Shown here piece by piece: positions 18,456 through 28,146 of a stretch of 64,000 bases of DNA. The notes beneath the pieces are model-generated. The model did not search any database and was not told where the DNA came from. It was given only the letters and a program-made list of their open reading frames with translations. The stretch is taken from the NCBI GenBank assembly GCA_963762905.1, contig CAVXMJ010000011.1:201318-265317 (forward strand), read 5' to 3'. Position numbers and translations under genes: made by a program. Each line of letters starts with the position of its first letter. The first letter of the stretch is position 1. This stretch comes from an uncultured Acidobacteriaceae bacterium. Its GTDB lineage: Bacteria; Acidobacteriota; Terriglobia; Terriglobales; Acidobacteriaceae.

Positions 18456-19127
18456 ATGAAAGACTCCATCCACGTCTCGAAAGAGAACTACCTCAAGGCC
18501 ATTCTTGAGGCCGAGGCCGAGGGCCGCCAGGTGATTCCCGCCATGCTCGCGCATTGGCTTGAAGTCTCCGCACCCGCTGTGACCATGGCTCTCAAGCGGC
18601 TGAAGCGCGATGGATGCGTGAAGGTGGGTGACGACGGCATTGTGCGGCTGACCGCGGCAGGCCGCGAGGTGGCCTACCACACGGCGCTGCGGCACCACCT
18701 TATCGAGCGCATGTTGAGCGAAGTGTTCGGCATGGAGTGGCACGAGATTCATGAGGAGGCGGAGCGGTTGGAGCACGCAGTTTCGCCGGCCTTCGAGGCC
18801 AAGCTCAAAGAGAAGCTGGGCGAAGGCGGCGCCTGTCCGCATGGCAACTCCGTTCTTCCACTCAACCCCGCCGAAAGGAAAAAGAGGGGTGAGATGCAGC
18901 TCTCCCAGGCCGCCGCCGGAAAGCGCTACACCGTCATCAGCCTCCAGGAGCGCGATCCCAAGCTGCTTGAGTTCCTGCACGCCTCCGGCATTGGGCCCGG
19001 CAAGAGCCTGCGCGTGATGAGCCAGAATTACGACCAAACCGTTTTGATTGATTTACCTACAGGAAACACCATCCTGGGCCGCCCGGCCGCTGAGGCCGTC
19101 TGGTTACGCCAAGAACGATCGTCGTGA
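18456..19127 (+). CDS. DtxR/MntR family metal-dependent repressor with C-terminal FeoA-like domain
   Basis: ENYLKAI, VSAPAVTMALKRL, RHHLIERML, HEEAERLEHAVS, CPHGN motifs and an SH3/FeoA-like tail. Confidence 0.93.
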   Translation: MKDSIHVSKENYLKAILEAEAEGRQVIPAMLAHWLEVSAPAVTMALKRLKRDGCVKVGDDGIVRLTAAGREVAYHTALRHHLIERMLSEVFGMEWHEIHEEAERLEHAVSPAFEAKLKEKLGEGGACPHGNSVLPLNPAERKKRGEMQLSQAAAGKRYTVISLQERDPKLLEFLHASGIGPGKSLRVMSQNYDQTVLIDLPTGNTILGRPAAEAVWLRQERSS

Positions 19128-19220
19128 TTGAGCAACCCCGATTCATCGGGTCTGTTCGCAGGTATCAATCTTTGGGAGCACTGTGGCCGATGCATACTAC
19201 GTAATTTCATCTAAAAGAAA

Positions 19221-19253
19221 AGATTAACCACGCTTAATAAGTTGTGGCATACT
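19221..19253 (+). promoter_or_regulatory. Candidate DtxR/MntR-family operator overlapping an extended -10 promoter of the NRAMP operon
   Basis: AGATTAA-ccacgc-TTAATAA palindrome (19221-19240), similar to SloR/PsaR-type boxes, followed by TGgCATACT (19245-19253). Confidence 0.5.
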
Positions 19254-19405
19254 GGAGTTGAGAACGTTCGATTCCCAGGCAAAGGCTGCATTGTGCCTCT
19301 CGCGCCCTGGACGAGTTCCCTCGAGCGGAGCCAATTGAGCATGAACGCCGTTCGCGTTAGCCCGGTCTGCAAGTGTTCACGCAAAGCTAAAAAATTCCGT
19401 CCCCG

Positions 19406-20794
19406 TTGTTGCCGATGAATGCCAGCCCAAAAACCGGTCCAGACCATGCCATCGCTGTCGATGAAGTGGTCGTCACGCATGAGGACCTCGATCGCGCTTT
19501 CGACCGCTCGCGCGTGAGCGCAGCCCGGCGCTCGCTGGGGATGCGTGGGCACGTGTCGCTGCTTTGGCTGCTGGTGGGGCCGGGCATCCTTGTCATGCTG
19601 GGTGAGAACGACGGCCCGAGCATGCTTTCCTATGCCGCAACGGGCGCGAAGTTCGGCATCGGGTTTTTCCTTCCATTCGTGGCGCTCACGTTTGTGATGG
19701 CGCTGGTAGTTCAGGAAATGACGGTTCGGCTGGGCGCGGCCACGCATCGCGGCCACGCAGAGCTGATCTTCGAGCGCTTCGGCCCCTTCTGGGGTTGGTT
19801 CTCGATGATCGATCTCAGCATCGGGAACTTTCTCACGCTGGTGACCGAGTTCATTGCGATCCGCGCCGGGTTCGGCTACTTTGGCGTGCCGCCGTGGGCA
19901 GCGGTTCTGGTGGCGCTCGTGGTGCTTTTTTCCGCTCTGCTGAGCCATCGCTACTGGACATGGGAGCGCGTAACCCTGGCGGCTGCCGCTTGCAACCTGA
20001 TCTTCGTGCCCGTGGCCCTGATGGCTCACCCGCAGTGGGGCGCAATCGGCCACGCCATGCTCACATGGACTCCTTTGCCGCACGCCAGCCAGGAAACTTT
20101 GCTGATCCTGCTGTCTGATATCGGCGCCACCGTGACGCCGTGGATGCTCTTCTTCCAGCAGAGCGCCACCGTGGACAAGGGCCTGACCACGAAAGACATT
20201 CGATTCGGGCGCATCGACACTTTCCTGGGCGCCGGCCTGGCCGCGCTTGCTGCTCTCGGCGCCATCATTGCTACCGCGCCGCTCTTTGGCCATATCGGCG
20301 CAGCCAATTTTGAGGCGGCGCAGTTCGCACAGGCGCTGCAGCCGATCGTGGGGCACATCGGCTCGTCGCTGTTTGCGCTCGGGATGATCGAGGCCGGCAT
20401 CGTTGCGTCGATCACCATCTCCACCTCGTCGGCCTACGCATTCGGCGAAGTTGCGCGCCAGCCGCACAGCCTGAATCTTCCGGTGAATCAGGGCAAGTCG
20501 TTTTACTTCGTGCTCTGCTTTTGTGCCGCTGCCGCAGCGGCCATTGTTCTGATTCCGAACCTGCCGCTCACTTTCGTGGTCCTGGTTGTGAATGTGGTAG
20601 CCGTTCTCGCCATGCCCCCGGCGCTGGTCTTCCTTTATCTGCTCGTGAACGACCCGCAAATCATGGGCGACGTGCGCAGCCCGCGGTGGGCCAATGTTTT
20701 GGCGGCCGGAGTTGTCGTGTTGCTGACGGCCGCAGGAGTTCTTTTCGGAATCAGCGTTGTCTTCCCGCGGGCGTTCGCGTGGTTGGGGAGTTAG
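19406..20794 (+). CDS. NRAMP-family divalent metal transporter, NRMT (Mg-type)-like clade
   Basis: GPGILVMLGENDGPSMLSYAATGAKFG, VQEMTVRLG, IGATVTPWMLFFQQS and about 11 TMs. It lacks the MntH DPGN and MPH motifs. Alternative ATG at 19415. Confidence 0.88.
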   Translation: MLPMNASPKTGPDHAIAVDEVVVTHEDLDRAFDRSRVSAARRSLGMRGHVSLLWLLVGPGILVMLGENDGPSMLSYAATGAKFGIGFFLPFVALTFVMALVVQEMTVRLGAATHRGHAELIFERFGPFWGWFSMIDLSIGNFLTLVTEFIAIRAGFGYFGVPPWAAVLVALVVLFSALLSHRYWTWERVTLAAAACNLIFVPVALMAHPQWGAIGHAMLTWTPLPHASQETLLILLSDIGATVTPWMLFFQQSATVDKGLTTKDIRFGRIDTFLGAGLAALAALGAIIATAPLFGHIGAANFEAAQFAQALQPIVGHIGSSLFALGMIEAGIVASITISTSSAYAFGEVARQPHSLNLPVNQGKSFYFVLCFCAAAAAAIVLIPNLPLTFVVLVVNVVAVLAMPPALVFLYLLVNDPQIMGDVRSPRWANVLAAGVVVLLTAAGVLFGISVVFPRAFAWLGS

Positions 20795-20803
20795 CAGGAC
20801 TGA

Positions 20804-21019
20804 ATGGAAGAAAAGAGACACATCACGGTAGAAGAAGTTGGCTGGGTTCTCCAGAATCTCGACCGGGATCAACTCGTCCAGGAGAAATCCGCGCCCGTTC
20901 CGCGCCGGCAACTGCGCGGCGGTGAGTTGGCGCTCGTATGGGCGCTGCGCATCTACCTGATTTTTATGATGGTCGTCGTTTTCTGGCAGGCATGGACGGC
21001 TGTGAGTAACAGGCCGTAG
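20804..21019 (+). CDS. Small single-TM hypothetical protein in the NRAMP operon
   Basis: 71 aa, 9 nt after the NRAMP stop with an AGGA RBS; C-terminal TM helix WALRIYLIFMMVVVFWQAW. Confidence 0.7.
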   Translation: MEEKRHITVEEVGWVLQNLDRDQLVQEKSAPVPRRQLRGGELALVWALRIYLIFMMVVVFWQAWTAVSNRP

Positions 21020-21130
21020 CTGAAGAACGGCGCAACCGAAACGCGACAGCGTTCTTCATATTGATTAATCCGACAACGGCGCTGGGCCGCTAATTTTTCG
21101 AAGTCTTCCCCGATCTAGCTGGAGGTCAGA

Positions 21131-24100
21131 ACGAAGTGCAAAGAAACAACCCGCGGCATCCTGGCCATTTGGCTCCTGTTAACTGCGCTTAACCCTGGAA
21201 GGCTTTCAGCGCAGAGCGGGACGTCGAGTGCAATCTCGGGGACGGTGCGCGATTCCTCAGGCGCGACCGTTGCAAACGCTGATGTGACGGCGACAGAGGT
21301 GGAAACGAAAGCTGTCCGCGCGCAGCATTCGAACGAGAACGGGCTGTTTCTGTTTTCCCAACTCAACCCGGGGATTTACATCGTGACCATTGAGGCGAGC
21401 GGCTTCGCAACCGAGACTTCGCAGCGGGTCGCGGTCGAGGTCGGCCACACTGTCACGCTGAACTTCAATCTCTCACTGCCGGTTGCGGCGCAGACCGTGG
21501 AAGTGACAGCGCAACAGGCGCTCGTGACGCTCGAGAATCCGAATACTTCGACCACGCTCGAGGCGAAGACAATTGCCAAGCTGCCGAATCCGGGACAGGA
21601 CCTGACCTTCATCGCGCAATTTGCACCGGGCGCGTTGATGAACACTGCCGGGTCGTCGAATGACGCAAAGGCAGCGGGCGGATACGGCAACGTCGAGTTC
21701 AACGGGCTGCCGGCGACCTCAAACGGATACATTCTCGACGGCTTCGACAGCAACGATCCATGGCTCGGCCTGAACATCGGTCTCTCGACGAATCTTGTCA
21801 TCGGCCTCGACGCGGTCGATCAGGCGACCGTGAACACCAATTCCTACGCTGTCGATCAGGGGCGTTACGGCGCCTCGCAGGTGAACTACTTCACCAAAGC
21901 GGGCACCAATGCATTTCACGGCGATCTCTACGAGACCTGGAATGGCTCCCTTTTCAATGCGGAGGACTACTTTCTGCACGCCAACGACACGTCGGGCGAT
22001 GTAGCAAAGAAACCGCGGTCGAATGTGAATGAGTTCGGTGTGAGCATGGGTGGACCGATCCGCAAAGACAAGCTGTTCTTCTTCGCGCATTACGAAGGCG
22101 TGCGCATCGCGCTTCCGCTGGTGACGCAGATTGTTGTGCCGTCGCCGGCTTATCAGCAATACGTGCTTAACCAGTTGCCGCTCGGTGGAACCGACCCGAC
22201 GACAGGGACTGCGCTTCCGGCGGAGTCAGCGGAGGTTCCGTTCTACGCAGCGATGTTCAAGCTTTATCGCAGCACGGCGGGCACTCCGGTTCCGGTGAGC
22301 TCCTGCCCGCTCGACGCAAGCGGCGCCCTGCTGACCGGGGTGCAGACAAGCGGCAATCTCTTTGACGGAAGCGGCTGCGCCAATCAGCGCCAGGAGTCGA
22401 TGACCAACGACGACAGCGAGAATCTGATCGTCGCCAAGATCGACCAGACGATCGACGCCAACAATACCGTATGGTACCGATTCCAGCAGGACACGGGGCT
22501 GCAGGCCGCCTTTACCGATCCCATCAACTCGATCTTCAACTCCTACTCGCCGCAGCCGCAACGCACCTTAGTCGTGGGCTATACGCACGTCTTCCGCTCC
22601 AATCTGGTTAACCAGTTCAATCCCGGGGCGAGTTGGTACTCAAGCATCTTCGAGCCAGATCACTATGCTCAAGTCGAGCAGACGTTTCCGATTGTTCTGA
22701 TGGCCGGCAGCAACGATGCGCCCTTCACAACCATCGGCGGCAACGACAATACCTATCCGCAGGGGCGCAAGGTGACGCAATGGCAGATCAACGACAACCT
22801 TGACTGGACGCGGGGTAAACACAGTCTCCGGTTCGGCGCGAACACGCGCCGCATCGATGTGAGCGACTATGACCTGGGCGAAGGAACGGTTCCTACGGCG
22901 GTCTACAACGATCTGTCTGAATTCACCTACGGAACGGCCTACACGGAGAGTACGACCTTCCCCATCGCACTCAAAGAGCGCATTGCGGCCGGGAACCTTG
23001 ACGCCTATGCCATGGATACCTGGAGGCCGACGGCGCGGGCAACATTGACGGCGGGATTGCGCGCTACTTGGAACACCGATCCGGTGAATCAGCAGGGGCT
23101 GTTTGCACGACCCACCGGTTCGTTCCTGGATCTTTCTCACGATGCGGGCCAGCCGCTCGACCAGGCAATCGAGACGAAAGTGAGGAGCCTCTTTCCGGCG
23201 ACCCCGCCCATAGTGTGGCAGCCACGATTTTCAGTGGCCTACCAGATCGCGCGGGGGATGGTCGTGCATGCGGGCTTCGGCGTTTTCAACGACATCATCC
23301 CCGCGCAGATTGCCGATCTCGCGGCGACGAATGCGCCATACTCACCAACGTTTGTGGGTGGTCTCGCCGGGCAGGTAGTTGGATTGGCGCTGGCGCCGGG
23401 CGTCCCCAACAGCGCGGCCGACGCAGCAGCCAACGCCGACAGGCAGTTTCAGACAGTGTTCACTAGCGGCGCGGCGCCCTGCGCGGGGATTGCCGTCGGC
23501 GCACCCACATGCCCACTGGCTGTGAGTCTGAATACATTTCCCACGGGCACGCTGAAGACGCCGTACTACTACCAGTACAACTTCGGCATCGAACAGCAAT
23601 TGGCCGCCCACGGTTCTGCTCGCATCGATTATGTAGGAACGCGCGGGCTCCACGAGCCGTTTCTGGAAGGGCTGAACGGCTATCAAACGGTCTGTTCGGG
23701 ATGCTTTGCGCCGTACGCTTACCAGCAGCCGCCCGACCAGAGATTTGGCAGCGTAAACGAGTTTCGCACGGATGCAAACAGCAGCTATTCCGGCCTGCAA
23801 GCCAGTTTGAGTGAGCAACTGAGCGCCGTGACGCTGCGTGCCAACTACACTCTGAGTCATTGCCTGGATGAGGTCTCAAACGGCGGCCTGCTATCGTTTT
23901 CGGCGCAAGGAATCCTATCGCCGCTGCCCGGCGAGTTGCAGCAGCAGTATGGCAACTGCGACTACGACGTGCGTCAAAACATATCGGCTTTTGGGGTGGT
24001 GCAGGTCCCGTCCCCGCGAAAAGATGCACTTCTGCGTGCTCTGTTCGGCGGCTGGTCGCTTTCCCAAACGGCCTTCTTCCATACCGGTCTGCCGTTCAGT

Positions 24101-24631
24101 GTCCTGAGCCAGCCGTACACGGCGGGCGGAAACGGCGTATTCCAGGCGAGCGGGCCGCAGTTTGCGCGGCGCGCTGCGGGTGAGCCGCTCTACCGGAAAA
24201 CGGGGTTCCCTGGCGTAACCGTGGCCGGAACCCGCCAATGGCTGAATCCAGACGCCTTTATTTCGGTTGTCGATCCGACCAATGGAGCGTGCACCGCAGG
24301 CGATTCGGAAGCCAACTGCCAATTCGGAAACGCCGGCCGCAACACGGTGCGCGGGCCCCACTTTGCGGACTCCGACATTTACCTCTCGCGCAAGTTTCCG
24401 GTCCGGGAAGGAGTCACGTTCCGTTTCGACGTGCAACTGTTCAACGCCTTCAACCACCCCAATTTTGCGCTGCCCGGCAGCGTGGAGGCCGGCGTCCCCG
24501 GCGAGTACGTCCCACCCAAGTTCGGTACACTCGAAAGCACCATTTCGCCTCCCACCGGGTTGCTCGGCGTGGGCTTGGGAGGTGACAGCTCGCCCCGGAT
24601 GGTCGCATTTGAGGGCCGGATAGAGTTCTGA
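21131..24631 (+). CDS. TonB-dependent receptor with N-terminal carboxypeptidase-regulatory-like domain; probable start is ACG at 21131
   Basis: ISGTVRDSSGATV, canonical plug motifs (LPNPGQD, NGYILDG, VNYFTKAGTNAFHG), beta-barrel and C-terminal PRMVAFEGRIEF. The signal peptide is in frame upstream of the GTG at 21245 used by the ORF track. Confidence 0.9.
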   Translation, partial: TKCKETTRGILAIWLLLTALNPGRLSAQSGTSSAISGTVRDSSGATVANADVTATEVETKAVRAQHSNENGLFLFSQLNPGIYIVTIEASGFATETSQRVAVEVGHTVTLNFNLSLPVAAQTVEVTAQQALVTLENPNTSTTLEAKTIAKLPNPGQDLTFIAQFAPGALMNTAGSSNDAKAAGGYGNVEFNGLPATSNGYILDGFDSNDPWLGLNIGLSTNLVIGLDAVDQATVNTNSYAVDQGRYGASQVNYFTKAGTNAFHGDLYETWNGSLFNAEDYFLHANDTSGDVAKKPRSNVNEFGVSMGGPIRKDKLFFFAHYEGVRIALPLVTQIVVPSPAYQQYVLNQLPLGGTDPTTGTALPAESAEVPFYAAMFKLYRSTAGTPVPVSSCPLDASGALLTGVQTSGNLFDGSGCANQRQESMTNDDSENLIVAKIDQTIDANNTVWYRFQQDTGLQAAFTDPINSIFNSYSPQPQRTLVVGYTHVFRSNLVNQFNPGASWYSSIFEPDHYAQVEQTFPIVLMAGSNDAPFTTIGGNDNTYPQGRKVTQWQINDNLDWTRGKHSLRFGANTRRIDVSDYDLGEGTVPTAVYNDLSEFTYGTAYTESTTFPIALKERIAAGNLDAYAMDTWRPTARATLTAGLRATWNTDPVNQQGLFARPTGSFLDLSHDAGQPLDQAIETKVRSLFPATPPIVWQPRFSVAYQIARGMVVHAGFGVFNDIIPAQIADLAATNAPYSPTFVGGLAGQVVGLALAPGVPNSAADAAANADRQFQTVFTSGAAPCAGIAVGAPTCPLAVSLNTFPTGTLKTPYYYQYNFGIEQQLAAHGSARIDYVGTRGLHEPFLEGLNGYQTVCSGCFAPYAYQQPPDQRFGSVNEFRTDANSSYSGLQASLSEQLSAVTLRANYTLSHCLDEVSNGGLLSFSAQGILSPLPGELQQQYGNCDYDVRQNISAFGVVQVPSPRKDALLRALFGGWSLSQTAFFHTGLPFSVLSQPYTAGGNGVFQASGPQFARRAAGEPLYRKTGFPGVTVAGTRQWLNPDAFISVVDPTNGACTAGDSEANCQFGNAGRNTVRGPHFADSDIYLSRKFPVREGVTFRFDVQLFNAFNHPNFALPGSVEAGVPGEYVPPKFGTLESTISPPTGLLGVGLGGDSSPRMVAFEGRIEF

Positions 24632-24764
24632 AGATGGCGGCCGATGAGGCATAATGGGGCACTTGGGATCGGTGCGGGATGGGGCCTTGGTCTAAGGGTT
24701 TGACACGATTTAGGTTGCCTCATGAACTATCACACAGAGTGGTTATTGCGGGCCGTGGAGGGTC

Positions 24765-25919
24765 ATGGTCCAATATCACTACTTCTTTCGGCCCGGTCTC
24801 CCAGATCAAAGGAATGGGACCTGCTTGATGAGCAACGCAACTCAACTCGAGGCAAATGATACGGCCGCTTCAGCCGGGTCGCAAGCTCAAACAGCTGTGG
24901 CCGATAGGGTCTATAAGGTGGTTGCTCCCGCTGGCGGAGCCAGCCAGGAGGACCTCTACGGCTTCCGCACGATTATGGCGCAGCCTGCGCCCGTTGACGA
25001 TCCGGAAGCTGAGGCAAAGGAAGCAAAGTCCAAACGGGCAGTAGCCATCCTTCCGATCCTTTTCATCCTGGTGCTTGGGGCGCTTGCCGTCCTCGTCATC
25101 CCCAAACTGACCAAATCCAAGGCGCCGCCGCTTTATGTCGACCTTGGAACCCGCCGCTTCGATTCAGCGGGACTGGGAGCCCGGCTGATTGCGCGCTGGG
25201 AAGGAAATGCCGGCTACCAGCTTTACATCGATCCGCTTGATCCGCAGCAGACCGCCGGCTTTCAAGCTGTGACGGTGAATCCACCCCATCCAGTGTCGGT
25301 TGTCATCCGCCTTCTGGACAAAACAGGCGCTGTCGCCTGCCAGAAGGAAGTGGTGCTTCCCACTCCCGCGCCGTCGGCGGGATCTTCAAACTCATCTTCT
25401 TCAGACGCTTCGCAGGCTCTGCTGCCGATGCAGACCACCACCGGAGACACCGTGCAGAATATTGCGGGTCCGGACGGGCAAATCGCGGAGATCACAGTCA
25501 CCGGCGGCCTCCCGTGCTCCATGCAGCAGTATCAGAGTCTTGCTGCCTGGCAGTTCTTCACAAACTTTCCCACCCTCGACGAACAGGCTGAATGGCTGAG
25601 CCACCATAAGCTCGGCGATGCCGCAAGGAACCGAAACGGTCACGGCTCAGGGGGCGGTTTCGGATTCTCGGCGCGCGCGCTTCACCTGCCCGCTGCCATC
25701 GACGATGATGACGTGATTGTGGGCGACAACCCATCGCAGGGAACCATCGACACCCAGGGAGGCCGGGTCTTTCTGGTCGGGGTCATCGGAATGAGAAACC
25801 GTTCCGCCGAATGGCAGGTGTTTCCTGCCGCTGTTCATTTTCACTGCGATAAGAACGGCGCGTGTTTCCTGACCCGGGTAAACTCGCGCACCACCCTCCA
25901 GGCGCGTTTGGTCAAGTAG
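24765..25919 (+). CDS. Hypothetical single-pass membrane protein (possible start 24828)
   Basis: 384-aa ORF with one TM (AILPILFILVLGALAVLVIP) and a Cys-containing C-terminal region. I recognised no family. Confidence 0.7.
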   Translation: MVQYHYFFRPGLPDQRNGTCLMSNATQLEANDTAASAGSQAQTAVADRVYKVVAPAGGASQEDLYGFRTIMAQPAPVDDPEAEAKEAKSKRAVAILPILFILVLGALAVLVIPKLTKSKAPPLYVDLGTRRFDSAGLGARLIARWEGNAGYQLYIDPLDPQQTAGFQAVTVNPPHPVSVVIRLLDKTGAVACQKEVVLPTPAPSAGSSNSSSSDASQALLPMQTTTGDTVQNIAGPDGQIAEITVTGGLPCSMQQYQSLAAWQFFTNFPTLDEQAEWLSHHKLGDAARNRNGHGSGGGFGFSARALHLPAAIDDDDVIVGDNPSQGTIDTQGGRVFLVGVIGMRNRSAEWQVFPAAVHFHCDKNGACFLTRVNSRTTLQARLVK

Positions 25920-25980
25920 GGCACTGCACATCCTCCCTGGCGGTCGTTCTCACGCACATCCTTCTAGTACCATAAGTGCG

Positions 25981-27654
25981 ATGCACGTCCTGTCCGCAGC
26001 CGAGATGCAGGCCTGCGATCGCGCCACTACGGAGCGGTTTGGGATTCCGTCGATTCAGTTAATGCGTGCGGCCTCTTCGGCAGTGGCGGCCTTCGCACGC
26101 CGGCAGCTTCCGAACGCCCGGCGCGTGACGGTACTGTGCGGGCGTGGCAACAACGGGGGCGATGGCATGATGACGGCTCGGCTGCTGGCCGACGCCGGAC
26201 TCGCCGTGACCACGCTGCTGCTGGGGGCGCCCGAGCAACTCGCGGACGACGCCGCTGTAGCATGGAGCGAACTGAACAGCCGCAAGCATGGACGGATCCA
26301 CGTTGTGGCCGACGCACAGGGGCTCTCAAAGCACAGCGATGCGCTCGACGCTGATCTGATTGTCGACGCCGTGCTGGGCACGGGATTCAAGCCTCCGCTG
26401 AAAGGCTTGGCGCTGGCCGCGCGCGAATGGCTGCAGCGAAGTCACGCCCCGATTCTCGCGATTGACCTGCCTTCCGGTTGGCCGGCCGATGAAACCAGCG
26501 CCACCGCGGCAGGACCGGTTTTTCCTGCCGACGCCGTCATCACCTTCACCGCGCCCAAGTGTGCGCATGTTTTTGGGCAATTGACTCGGCGCTGGGATCA
26601 ACCGGTTGTGGTTGCGCCCATCGGCTCGCCGGATGCGGCGATTGTTTCAGCGCTCAAGCTGGATTGGGCCGGCTCGTCGCTCGCTTTGGCGCAGGCTCCG
26701 CGTGCGGTGGCAGCCAACAAAGGCAACTTCGGTCACGTACTCGTGGTTGGCGGCACGTTCGGAATCGCTGGCGGCAAAGCCGGAGCTCCAACCATGACGT
26801 CTCTTGCAGCCATGCGATCGGGCGCGGGCCTGGTGACGGCTGCAGTTCCCGCACCGGCGTTGCCAGTGATTTCATCGTTTGCGCCGGAGCTGATGAGCTG
26901 GCCCCTGCTGGCGACACGAGCAGGTCAGATCTCCGCGAAGAATCTCGCGAAGAAGCAAGTCGCCTCATTGATCGCCGGAAAAACCGTCCTCGCCATCGGG
27001 CCGGGCTTGGGCCAGGGCGTCGAAACGTCACGATTCGTCACAGGATTCCTTGGCGCCACAAAGATGCCGGTAGTGATCGATGCGGATGCGCTGAATATTC
27101 TCGCTGCGAAGCCCGCCCTGCTCAAGCGTCTGGCCAAGTCGCGCTTCGTGGTGTTGACGCCGCATCCCGGCGAAATGGCGCGGCTGACTGGAATGGCCAT
27201 TGCCAGGATTCAGGCGAACCGGCTTGAGACGGCGCGCGACTATGCGCGGCGCATGGGGCTCACACTCGTCCTCAAGGGTGCGCGAACGCTCATTGCCCAT
27301 CCTGACGGCCGCGTGGCGATCAACACGTCAGGAAATCCGGCCATGGCCAAAGGCGGCAGCGGCGATCTGCTCACCGGGCTCATTGCGGGCATGTTGGCGC
27401 AATATCCTGGCAGCGCGGCGCAAGCCGTGGAGGCTGCGGTTTATTTGCATGGGCTGGCTGCGGATTTGACTGTGCGCGAGCACGACGAGCACACCTTGTT
27501 GGCCACAGACAGCCTGGCGCAGCTCGCGCGTGCGTTTCAATCCCATGCGCACGATTTTGAAGTGAACGGCAAGACCGGGTATGTTTGGTTGCAGGGGCAT
27601 TGCATGCAGCGGACTCAATGCGCATGCAGCAGCCCAAAAAGTGCAGTTGAATAG
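25981..27654 (+). CDS. nnr: Bifunctional NAD(P)H-hydrate epimerase/dehydratase (YjeF/NnrE-NnrD)
   Basis: CGRGNNGGDG, VDAVLGTG, IDLPSG, NKGNFGH, IGPGLG, DADALN, LTPHPGE, MAKGGSGD. Confidence 0.95.
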   Translation: MHVLSAAEMQACDRATTERFGIPSIQLMRAASSAVAAFARRQLPNARRVTVLCGRGNNGGDGMMTARLLADAGLAVTTLLLGAPEQLADDAAVAWSELNSRKHGRIHVVADAQGLSKHSDALDADLIVDAVLGTGFKPPLKGLALAAREWLQRSHAPILAIDLPSGWPADETSATAAGPVFPADAVITFTAPKCAHVFGQLTRRWDQPVVVAPIGSPDAAIVSALKLDWAGSSLALAQAPRAVAANKGNFGHVLVVGGTFGIAGGKAGAPTMTSLAAMRSGAGLVTAAVPAPALPVISSFAPELMSWPLLATRAGQISAKNLAKKQVASLIAGKTVLAIGPGLGQGVETSRFVTGFLGATKMPVVIDADALNILAAKPALLKRLAKSRFVVLTPHPGEMARLTGMAIARIQANRLETARDYARRMGLTLVLKGARTLIAHPDGRVAINTSGNPAMAKGGSGDLLTGLIAGMLAQYPGSAAQAVEAAVYLHGLAADLTVREHDEHTLLATDSLAQLARAFQSHAHDFEVNGKTGYVWLQGHCMQRTQCACSSPKSAVE

Positions 27655-27672
27655 CCTGTTTGAGGTTCAGCG

Positions 27673-28146
27673 ATGACTGAAGCCGCAGCACTCGCGGAAG
27701 GCAAAACATACGAGTTCACCACGCAAAGCGGCGCGGACACGGTGGAAGTGGGCCGCAAGCTCGCCGGCCTGCTCAAGCCTCCTCAATTTCTCTTGCTGCG
27801 CGGTGAGCTGGGCACCGGCAAGACGACGCTGGTCAAGGGGATTGCGCAAGCGCTGGACGCAGCCGAACCCGACGAGGTCACCAGCCCCACCTTTACGCTG
27901 ATCCACGAATTTGACGGCTCGCGGGACGGCAAGCTTGTGAAGCTCTACCACCTTGACGTCTATCGCCTTGAGAGCGAGCGGCAGCTTGAAACGCTGGGTC
28001 TTGACGATCTGCTTACGCCGGATGCGCTCGTCCTGGTGGAGTGGGGCGACAAGTTCAAGAGCATCAAGAAGCGCGCCACGGGCGAGATCGTGATTGCTCC
28101 TGAAGGCGGCGATGCCCGGAAGATTACGGTGACGCTGAAGGAATAG
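27673..28146 (+). CDS. tsaE: tRNA t6A ATPase TsaE
   Basis: GELGTGKTT, VTSPTFTL, YHLDVYRL, VEWG; downstream of nnr. Confidence 0.95.
   Translation: MTEAAALAEGKTYEFTTQSGADTVEVGRKLAGLLKPPQFLLLRGELGTGKTTLVKGIAQALDAAEPDEVTSPTFTLIHEFDGSRDGKLVKLYHLDVYRLESERQLETLGLDDLLTPDALVLVEWGDKFKSIKKRATGEIVIAPEGGDARKITVTLKE

Noticed and set aside
19260-19400. Possible M-box (ykoK) or yybP-ykoY riboswitch in the NRAMP leader
   Set aside because: There are only scattered resemblances (aggc..aggct, gccaat, aaagct); I could not build the conserved core by eye. An Infernal scan would decide.
19211-20911. 566-aa minus-strand ORF, and similar long antisense ORFs at 46237-47340, 3677-4588, 7230-8132, 11115-11999 and 55611-57326
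   Set aside because: They are shadow frames of well-supported genes in GC-rich DNA and contain no recognisable motifs.
24700-24725. TTAGGTTGCCTCA as a second DtxR-type box after a TTGACA
   Set aside because: The spacing and right arm deviate from TTAGGTTAGCCTAA and it differs from the palindrome at 19221; too weak to call.
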